Source of the DNA: Dehalococcoidia bacterium
GTDB lineage: Bacteria > Chloroflexota > Dehalococcoidia > JAUQQI01
Length of the DNA: 64,000 nucleotides
Assembly: GCA_034434875.1 (NCBI GenBank)
Contig: DAOTYJ010000132.1
Span: forward strand, 20,130 to 84,129
Direction: 5' to 3'
Shown here: in pieces, positions 57,419 through 64,000 of the stretch
How positions within the stretch are numbered: the stretch's first letter is position 1
How the letters are laid out: every line of letters begins with the position of its first letter
Position numbers and translations under genes: made by a program
Notes under the pieces: generated by a model
What the model was told of the DNA's origin: nothing
The model's input: only the letters and a program-made list of their open reading frames with translations
Databases searched by the model: none

Positions 57419-58660
57419 ATGAACGGAGCTGAAGCTTTGCCGCCCCTGCACGGAATCCGGGTCCTTGAGCTGGGCAACTTTATGGCCGGGCCTTACTGCG
57501 CCATGCTGCTGGCCGACCTGGGGGCCGACGTAATTAAAATCGAGAACCCCGAAGGCGGCGACCTTAGCCGGGCCACGCCCCCCTTTCTGGACGGGGAAAG
57601 CGCCGGGTTTATCGCCCTGAACCGCAACAAGCGCAGCCTGGCCCTCAACCTGAAGCACCCTGAGGGGCGGCAGATCTTTCTGCGCCTGGCCGAGGGGGCC
57701 GATGTGGTCGTCGAAAACTTCCGGCCCGGCACCACCAGGGACCTGGGCATCGACTACGAGACCCTGGCCGCCCGCAATCCGGGGCTGATTTACTGCGCGG
57801 TTTCCGGCTACGGCCAGACGGGGCCTTACAGCCACCGTCCGGGGCTGGACCTTATCATCCAGGGGATGTCGGGCCTGATGAGCATCACCGGCGAGCCCGG
57901 CCGGCCCCCCGTAAAGGTCGGGGTCCCGGTCGCCGACCTTACGGCCGCCCTCTTTGCGGCCAACGCCATCCAGGCCGCGCTGATCGCCCGGGGTCGGACG
58001 GGTCAGGGCCAGTATATCGACCTAAGCCTGCTGGAGGCGGCCGTCGCCCTGGAGGTCTGGGAGACGGCCAGCTACTTTGCCACGGGCGAGGTTCCTGGCC
58101 CCCTGGGCTCCGCCCACCGGGTGAGCGCCCCTTACCAGGCCTTCCGGACCGCCGACGGGTATATCACCGTAGGGGCCACCACCCCCCGCCACTGGACCAT
58201 CTTCTGCCAGGTGCTGGGCCTGGAGCACCTGGAAAAGGACCCCCGGTTTGCCACCCTGGCCGCCCGGAAGGCCAACGAAAAGGTCCTGGCCGAAATCATC
58301 GAGGCGGTAACCTCCACCCAGACGAGCGAATACTGGTACCGCCGCTTTGAGGAGGCGGGGATCCCCTGCGGGATAATCAACACCATCGACCGGGTGGTTG
58401 CCGACGAGCACCTTAAGGCCCGGGGCTTTATCGTCGACCTGCCCCACCCCACCCTCGGCCGGGTTCGGGTGACGGGCTCGCCCCTCCACTTTTCCCGAAC
58501 CCCGGTCCGGTTGGGGCGGGCCGGTCCCCTTCTGGGGGAGCATAACGCCGAGATTTTAAAGGAGCTGGGGTTCGGGCCCGAAGAGGTTGCCCGGCTGGAG
58601 GCGGAGGGGGTTATCGGGCCGGTGCGGGCCCCATCTGGCATTAATCGGGCGGCGGAGTGA
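57419..58660 (+). CDS. CoA transferase family III (CaiB/BaiF-type)
   Basis: N-terminal RVLELGNFMAGPYCAMLLADLGADVIKIE and a catalytic Asp region. 413 aa. Confidence 0.8.
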   Translation: MNGAEALPPLHGIRVLELGNFMAGPYCAMLLADLGADVIKIENPEGGDLSRATPPFLDGESAGFIALNRNKRSLALNLKHPEGRQIFLRLAEGADVVVENFRPGTTRDLGIDYETLAARNPGLIYCAVSGYGQTGPYSHRPGLDLIIQGMSGLMSITGEPGRPPVKVGVPVADLTAALFAANAIQAALIARGRTGQGQYIDLSLLEAAVALEVWETASYFATGEVPGPLGSAHRVSAPYQAFRTADGYITVGATTPRHWTIFCQVLGLEHLEKDPRFATLAARKANEKVLAEIIEAVTSTQTSEYWYRRFEEAGIPCGIINTIDRVVADEHLKARGFIVDLPHPTLGRVRVTGSPLHFSRTPVRLGRAGPLLGEHNAEILKELGFGPEEVARLEAEGVIGPVRAPSGINRAAE

Positions 58661-58665
58661 GGCAG

Positions 58666-59463
58666 ATGGCCCAAATCGTCGACCTGGGGACCGAGGAGCT
58701 CATTTTCGAGGTGGATGCGCCCCTGGCCTGGCTTACGTTTAACCGGCCCGAGGCCCGCAATGCCATGACCTGGGCCATGTACGACGGTCTGGTCCGGGCC
58801 TGCGAATGGGTGGATAAAAACGACGACGTAAAAGTCCTCCTGCTGAAGGGGGCCGGGGATAAGGCCTTTATCGCCGGGACGGATATAAGCCAGTTTACGC
58901 AGTTTCAGAGCCCCCAGGACGCCATCGATTACGAGGCCCGGATGAACAGCATCATCGGCCGCCTCGAGGCCGTGAAGAAGCCCACCATCGCCCTCATCCG
59001 GGGCTACGCCGTCGGGGGCGGGGCGGCCATCGCCATGGCCTGCGACCTGCGCATCTGCGCCCCCGACGCCAGGTTCGGCATCCCCATCGCCCGGACCCTG
59101 GGCAACTGTCTGAGCATGGCCAACTACGCCCGGCTGGTGGACCTGGTCGGGCCGTCCCGGGCCAAATACATTATTTTTACGGCCGAGATGGTGGACGCCG
59201 AGGAGGCCTTAAGGATCGGCCTGGCCAACGAGGTCGTCCCCGCCGACGAGCTGGAACAGCGGGGGGAGCGGCTGGGCCTCACCCTGGCCGAACACGCCCC
59301 CATTACCCTCAAGGTCACCAAAGAGGCGATCCGGCGCATTCTGGAGCACCGCCGACCCCCGGAAAGCGAAGACCTTATCCTGGCCTGCTACATGAGCGAG
59401 GATTTCCGGGAGGGGGTTCGGGCCTTTCTGGAAAAGCGCCGCCCCCGCTGGAAGGGCCGCTAA
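58666..59463 (+). CDS. Enoyl-CoA hydratase/isomerase (crotonase) family protein
   Basis: Crotonase fold motifs (LLKGAGDKAFIAGTDI, GYAVGGGAAIAMACD). ATG at 58666 just after the CoA transferase stop. Confidence 0.8.
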   Translation: MAQIVDLGTEELIFEVDAPLAWLTFNRPEARNAMTWAMYDGLVRACEWVDKNDDVKVLLLKGAGDKAFIAGTDISQFTQFQSPQDAIDYEARMNSIIGRLEAVKKPTIALIRGYAVGGGAAIAMACDLRICAPDARFGIPIARTLGNCLSMANYARLVDLVGPSRAKYIIFTAEMVDAEEALRIGLANEVVPADELEQRGERLGLTLAEHAPITLKVTKEAIRRILEHRRPPESEDLILACYMSEDFREGVRAFLEKRRPRWKGR

Positions 59464-59506
59464 ACCCCAAAGCCCTGAGGGTTATAATCGCCGGGACGGG
59501 GCACCG

Positions 59507-60466
59507 GTGACCGGTTACCTTATCGCCCGCATCGGCCAGGGGCTCTTCGTGCTCCTGGTGGTAAGCATCCTGGCCTTCGGGCTTTTACACCTGGCCCCCG
59601 GCGACCCGGCGGCCCTCCTTTACGGGCCGGACCTCTCGGCCGAGGAGCTCAGGGCCGTCCGGACGGCCTGGGGCCTGGAAGACCCATTGCCCGTTCAGTA
59701 CCTGCGGTGGCTGGGCCGGTTCGTCCGGCTGGATTTCGGCCGCTCTTTTGCCGACGGCCGGCCGGTGCGGGAAGTTATCCTGGAGCGGGTGCCCGCAACC
59801 CTTTACCTGACGGCCTCCGCCCTGGCCATCGCCCTGGTGGTGGGCATCACCGTCGGGATAGTATCCGCCCTGCGGCCCCTTTCCCGGCTCGATTACGCCG
59901 TAACGGCCGTTTCGACGGTCCTTTATTCGGCCCCCAACTTCTGGCTCGGCCTCATTCTGGTCTTAATTTTCTCCGTCTGGCTCGGCTGGCTTCCTTCGGC
60001 CGGGATGCAGACGGTCCGGGGGCCTACCTCCCTGGGCGACCGCCTCAGCCACCTGATCCTGCCGGCCTTTGTCCTCTCCCTCCGGGAGATGGCCAGCCTC
60101 ATCCGCTACACCCGGGCGGGGATGCTCGAGGTGCTCGGCCAGGACTATATTCGGCTGGCCCGGGCCAAGGGCCTGCCCGAGTACCGGGTCATCCTGGACC
60201 ACGCCTTTCGGAACGCCGCCCTGCCGGTCATCACCCTGATGGGGCTTTTCATTCCCCGGCTGGTGGGCGGGTCGGTGGTGGTCGAGACCCTCTTCAGCTG
60301 GCCCGGGATGGGTCGGCTGTTGGTGGAGGCCGCCTTTGCCCGGAACTACCCGGTGCTTATGGGGGAGGTGGTGCTGGTGGGGACGCTGGTCATTCTGGGG
60401 AGCCTCCTGGCCGACCTGGCCTACGGGGTAGCCGACCCGAGAATCCGCTACGGGAAGAGCCGGTGA
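59507..60466 (+). CDS. ABC transporter permease, DppB/OppB/NikB-like
   Basis: 319 aa. 6 TM segments. Binding-protein-dependent transport signature in the cytoplasmic loop (RLARAKGLPEYRVILDHAFRNAALP). Confidence 0.8.
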   Translation: MTGYLIARIGQGLFVLLVVSILAFGLLHLAPGDPAALLYGPDLSAEELRAVRTAWGLEDPLPVQYLRWLGRFVRLDFGRSFADGRPVREVILERVPATLYLTASALAIALVVGITVGIVSALRPLSRLDYAVTAVSTVLYSAPNFWLGLILVLIFSVWLGWLPSAGMQTVRGPTSLGDRLSHLILPAFVLSLREMASLIRYTRAGMLEVLGQDYIRLARAKGLPEYRVILDHAFRNAALPVITLMGLFIPRLVGGSVVVETLFSWPGMGRLLVEAAFARNYPVLMGEVVLVGTLVILGSLLADLAYGVADPRIRYGKSR

Positions 60467-61341
60467 AGGCCCGAACCCTGCCGCCCGGGTCCGACGCACC
60501 CTTAAGGGCCGAAAGCCCGTGGGCGCGCACCGGCCGGGCCTTCGCCCGCCACCGGACGGCCCTCCTGGCCGGGCTCGTGCTGGGCGTCGTGGTCCTGCTG
60601 GCCCTCCTGGCCCCGGTGCTTGCCCCCTATCCCCCCGACTACATCGACCTGGCCGCCCGGGCGCGGCCCCCCAGTCCCGAACATCCCCTGGGAACCGACC
60701 GCCTGGGCCGGGATATCGCCAGCCGCCTCCTCTTCGGGGCCCGGGTCTCCCTCTTCGTGGCGGCCGCCGCCGTGCTCCTGGCCACCTGCCTGGGAACCCT
60801 GGTGGGGCTGGCGGCGGGCTATTTCGGGGGCTGGGTGGATGCGGTCCTGTCCCGGACGGTGGACGCCCTCCTTTCGATGCCCACCTTCTTTATCCTGGTG
60901 GCCGTCCAGTCCCTCCTTCCCCCCTCCGTCTGGAACGTGGTCGGCATCATCGGCCTGACCACCTGGCTGGGGCTGGCCCGCATCGTGCGGGGCCAGGTTT
61001 TGAGCCTGCGGGAGCGGGAGTTTATCCTGGCCGCCCGGGCCCTGGGGGTGCCCACCGGCCGCATCATCGCCCGGCACCTTCTGCCCAACGTGGCCGGGCC
61101 GGTCATCGTCTTCGCCACCCTGGGGGTGGCCGACGCCGTCTTAATCGAGGCCGCCTTAAGCTTCCTGGGCCTGGGGGTGCCGCCCTTCGAGGCCTCCTGG
61201 GGCAATATGCTTACCGAGGGGCAGGTGGCGGCCCTTTCGGGGGCCTGGTGGATCCCCCTCTTTCCCGGCCTGGTGGTCCTTATAACGGCCCTGGCGGTGA
61301 ATCTGGTTGGGGACGGCCTTCAGCAGGCGCTGTTCCGCTGA
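60463..61341 (+). CDS. ABC transporter permease, DppC/OppC/NikC-like
   Basis: GTG start overlaps the dppB-like stop (GTGA). N-terminal extracytoplasmic segment and an EAA-type loop (ILAARALGVPTGRIIARHLLPNV). Confidence 0.8.
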   Translation: MKARTLPPGSDAPLRAESPWARTGRAFARHRTALLAGLVLGVVVLLALLAPVLAPYPPDYIDLAARARPPSPEHPLGTDRLGRDIASRLLFGARVSLFVAAAAVLLATCLGTLVGLAAGYFGGWVDAVLSRTVDALLSMPTFFILVAVQSLLPPSVWNVVGIIGLTTWLGLARIVRGQVLSLREREFILAARALGVPTGRIIARHLLPNVAGPVIVFATLGVADAVLIEAALSFLGLGVPPFEASWGNMLTEGQVAALSGAWWIPLFPGLVVLITALAVNLVGDGLQQALFR

Positions 61342-62755
61342 GGAGGGCCCGGGCCGAATCTTCCCCCACCGGCCGCCCCCCGGCGAGAAAGACCACCCGG
61401 TCGGCCACCTGCCCCACGAACTCCAGGTCCTGGGAGACCAGAAGCAGGGTCCGGCCCTCCCCTTTGAGCCGCCCCAGCAGCCCCACCAGGCGCCCATAAA
61501 GGCCGTCGTCGAGGCCCACCGTCGGCTCGTCCAGGGCCAGGATGGGGGTTTCCAGGGCCAGGGTGGAGGCCAGGGCGGCGAGCCGCCGCCAGCCCGGGCT
61601 CAGGTCGAGGGGATGGCGGCCGGCCCGGTCCCCAAGGCCGACGGCCGAAAGCCAGGCCTCGGCCCGCCGCCGCACCTCCCCGGCCGAAAGCCCCAGGTTT
61701 CGGGGGCCGAAGGCCACGTCGTCCCGGACCGTCGGCCCAAAGAGGCCTTCGGCCGGGTTCTGGGGCAGGTAGCCGATGAGCCGGGCCAGACGCCAGGGGG
61801 GCTCCCGGCCGGCATCCAGGCCGAAGACCCTTACCCGTCCCGACCAGGGCCGGAGCAGCCCCAGCAGGACCAGAAGCAACGTGGACTTGCCGGCCCCGTT
61901 GGGCCCCACCAGGGCGAGGGCTTCCCCGGCCCGGACCCGGAAGGATACCCCGGCCAGGACCGGCTCGCCGGGCGAGTAGCCGGCCCAAAGTTCCTCCACC
62001 TCCAGAACCGGCGGGCCCGGCTCAGCTCGGGGCCCCGAACGCGGCCCAACGGCCGGCCGGGGCGGGGGGCCGGGGCGGAGGCGGCCCCCTTCCAGCCAGA
62101 GCAGCCGGTCGGCCAGGCCCTCCAGTCGCCTCAGCCGGCCGCTCAGCAGGACCGCGGCTTTGCCCTCGGCCTTTCCCTCGGTTAAAACCCGCCTTAAGGC
62201 CGCCCACCCGGCCCCGTCCAGGTGGTCGAAGGCGTCGTCCAGCACCAGCACCTTGGGCCCGGGGGCCAGGGTTGCCCCCAGGACTACCCGCTGCTGCTGA
62301 CCCACCGAGAGCTGGAAAGGGGAGCGGTCCGCCAGGGGCCCGAGCCCGAAGCTCTCCAGAAGCCCGGCCGCCCGGGCCCTGACCCGGTCCGGCCCGAGCC
62401 CCAGGTTTTCCAGGGGAAAGCCCACCTCCTCGGCGACGGTGTCGGCGGCCCCGCTGAGCTGGTAGTACGGCTCCGCCAGGGCCAGGCCCACCTGCCGGAG
62501 CCACTCCCGCCGGTCGGGGGGACCCTTAAAGTCCCAGGTCCGGCCGGCGATGACGAGCCGGCCCGAGGCCATCCCCGGGACCGCCCCGGGGATGAGGCCG
62601 GCCAGCAGGTATGCCAGGGTGGTCTTGCCCGACTCGGTGGGCCCGACGATGCCCACCACCTCCCCCGGCCCGAGGCCCAGGGTCAGGTCGGCCAGGACCG
62701 GCCCCCGGCCGGGGTAGCAAAGGGACTTAAGCCTGAGGTCGACCAGGCTCCCCAC
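61280..62755 (-). CDS. ECF/cobalt-type ABC transporter ATP-binding protein with duplicated ATPase domains
   Basis: Two Walker A motifs (GPTESGKTT, GPNGAGKST). Two ABC signatures (LSVGQQQR, LSPGWRR). 491 aa. Confidence 0.75.
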   Translation of the reverse strand: MGSLVDLRLKSLCYPGRGPVLADLTLGLGPGEVVGIVGPTESGKTTLAYLLAGLIPGAVPGMASGRLVIAGRTWDFKGPPDRREWLRQVGLALAEPYYQLSGAADTVAEEVGFPLENLGLGPDRVRARAAGLLESFGLGPLADRSPFQLSVGQQQRVVLGATLAPGPKVLVLDDAFDHLDGAGWAALRRVLTEGKAEGKAAVLLSGRLRRLEGLADRLLWLEGGRLRPGPPPRPAVGPRSGPRAEPGPPVLEVEELWAGYSPGEPVLAGVSFRVRAGEALALVGPNGAGKSTLLLVLLGLLRPWSGRVRVFGLDAGREPPWRLARLIGYLPQNPAEGLFGPTVRDDVAFGPRNLGLSAGEVRRRAEAWLSAVGLGDRAGRHPLDLSPGWRRLAALASTLALETPILALDEPTVGLDDGLYGRLVGLLGRLKGEGRTLLLVSQDLEFVGQVADRVVFLAGGRPVGEDSARALLSGTAPAEGRPQPDSPPGPL

Positions 62756-62759
62756 GGCC

Positions 62760-63488
62760 CTACCCGAAGACCAGCCGGCCCAGGGCCAGGGCCAGCGCCC
62801 CGCCCAGCGCCGCTCCCCACCGGATGACCCGCTCGGCCGGGGATTCGGCCGGCGGCCGCCGGGGCCGGACCCAGAACCCCCGAAGCTCCAGGGTGACGCC
62901 CCGGGCCTCGGCCTCCACCAGGGCCGAGAGTAGCAGGGGCCGGACCAGGGCGCCCAGGGCCCGGAGGCGGCGGAGGCGATTGCCGTTCAGGGGAAGGCCC
63001 CGGGTCTGCTGGGCGGCAATAATCCGGCGGGCCCGGGCCCGAGTTTCGGGGACGAACCGGACGGCCGCCACCAGGCCGTAAGCCAGGGCCGGGGGGACGC
63101 CCCGGTCGGCCAGGTCCCGCAAAATCCGGCCCGGGGGAATGGCCAGGGTTGCCAGCAGGACGGCCCCGCTCAGGGCGGCCAGCCGGCCGAGGGTTCGGGC
63201 GGCGAAGGCCAGCCCGGCCGGCCGGACCCAGAGGGGCCCCACGGCCACCCCGGCCGCGCCCGGATGGAGGAGGCCGTGGATGACGAAGAGTGAAACCGCC
63301 ACCGGCCCCAGCACGGCCAGAAGGACGGCCAGAAAGGCCCTCAGCCGCCGGGAAGCGGCCGCCAGGGCGAGCTCGGCGGCCAGCAGGCCGCCGCCGAGGG
63401 CCGGTTCGTCCGAGGCGAAGGCCGCAAGAAAAAAGCCGGCGGCGATGCCGGTCCAGGTGGCCGGCTTAAGATCGACGAAAGCGCTCAA
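62760..63488 (-). CDS. ECF transporter transmembrane (T) component, CbiQ/EcfT family
   Basis: 242 aa polytopic membrane protein with Arg-rich coupling helices (RRLRAL...ARG). Lies between the ATPase gene and the S component. Confidence 0.7.
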   Translation of the reverse strand: MSAFVDLKPATWTGIAAGFFLAAFASDEPALGGGLLAAELALAAASRRLRAFLAVLLAVLGPVAVSLFVIHGLLHPGAAGVAVGPLWVRPAGLAFAARTLGRLAALSGAVLLATLAIPPGRILRDLADRGVPPALAYGLVAAVRFVPETRARARRIIAAQQTRGLPLNGNRLRRLRALGALVRPLLLSALVEAEARGVTLELRGFWVRPRRPPAESPAERVIRWGAALGGALALALGRLVFG

Positions 63489-63993
63489 AATACCTGGGGG
63501 GCAGGTTGTGGAGGACGGCCCAGACTATCAGAAAGGTGAGGGCTTTATCGACCAGGTCGGTGAGAATCGACTGGGTAAGGACGGCCTCGAGGAGGCCCTG
63601 GCCCCCGGCCAGGAGGAGGGCGACGATCAGGTCGTAGCCGCCCCCGGTCACCCCCCCGAAGACGTAGGCGGCGATGGGGGCCGAAACCACCGCCGCCACC
63701 AGGCCCGTAAAGAGGCCACCCGGCAGGGCCTTCCACCAGGCCCCGAAGATCCCCCATCCGGCCAGAAGGCCGCTTACAAGGCCGATAACCGCGGCCGTGA
63801 CGGCGAAGGGGGCGGCCGTCGGCCGGAGGAGCAGGCCCCAGACCAGGTTCGAAAGGACTCCCGTCACCAGCCCGGCCCAGGGCCCGGCCAGGGCCGCCAC
63901 CAGCACCGTCCCCACCGAGTCCAGGTAAAGGGGAAGCTGGAGGCGGGCGACCACCTCGCCCACCCCGATGTTAACGGCCACCGCCACGGGCAA
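63466..63993 (-). CDS. ECF transporter substrate-specific (S) component; 5-prime end at or beyond window edge
   Basis: Small, highly hydrophobic 6-TM protein upstream of the T and A components. Its ORF reaches the last 10 nt of the window, so the start is uncertain. Confidence 0.5.
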   Translation of the reverse strand: MPVAVAVNIGVGEVVARLQLPLYLDSVGTVLVAALAGPWAGLVTGVLSNLVWGLLLRPTAAPFAVTAAVIGLVSGLLAGWGIFGAWWKALPGGLFTGLVAAVVSAPIAAYVFGGVTGGGYDLIVALLLAGGQGLLEAVLTQSILTDLVDKALTFLIVWAVLHNLPPRYFERFRRS

Positions 63994-64000
63994 AAGCCCA

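Noticed and set aside
1-64000. CRISPR arrays, tRNA/rRNA genes, IS elements, integrases or other mobile-element hallmarks
   Set aside because: No direct-repeat arrays, no cloverleaf-compatible intergenic segments of tRNA size, and no transposase or integrase-like ORFs were found. Intergenic spaces are short throughout.

Overview
High-GC (~70%) chromosomal window, probably from a high-GC Firmicutes-like or Clostridia-like bacterium. Dense, mostly intact housekeeping and metabolic genes: DUF47 and PiT phosphate transporter; PdxA-family dehydrogenase coupled to GlcF-like and GlcD-like oxidase subunits; glnA; rpsP, KH-domain gene and rimM; purL and purQ; ubiE; a MoxR, DUF58 and double-vWA (Bat-like) operon; cysK; hpt; lysS; a GH57 glycosidase; a LarA homolog; YfhO; yvcK; gatB; pyrE; a CoA transferase and a crotonase; DppBC-like permeases; an ECF transporter module. 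Most interesting observations: (1) selD is a selenoprotein gene; an in-frame TGA sits exactly at the catalytic Cys17 position and is followed by a SECIS-like hairpin, so ORF callers would truncate the N-terminus. (2) selD directly follows an unusual sulfur-carrier cysteine cluster: Rrf2 regulator, CysK, a MoaD-like ubiquitin-like domain fused in-frame to an E1-like ThiF/MoeB enzyme, a second CysO-like carrier with a 6-residue extension after GlyGly, and CysM. (3) A DapA-family (DHDPS-like) aldolase domain is fused in-frame to a complete RNase HI domain. (4) A cNMP-binding protein carries an unrecognised N-terminal domain next to a membrane protein with a poly-Lys/Arg tail. (5) A lower-GC sugar ABC transporter and M24 peptidase segment (50.5-56.3 kb) carries four single-base frameshifts, mostly at short homopolymers, plus an in-frame TAG. 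This is either a decaying acquired locus or a cluster of sequencing errors. No CRISPR arrays, rRNA/tRNA genes or obvious mobile elements were seen. Many long antisense ORFs in the track are GC-skew artefacts.
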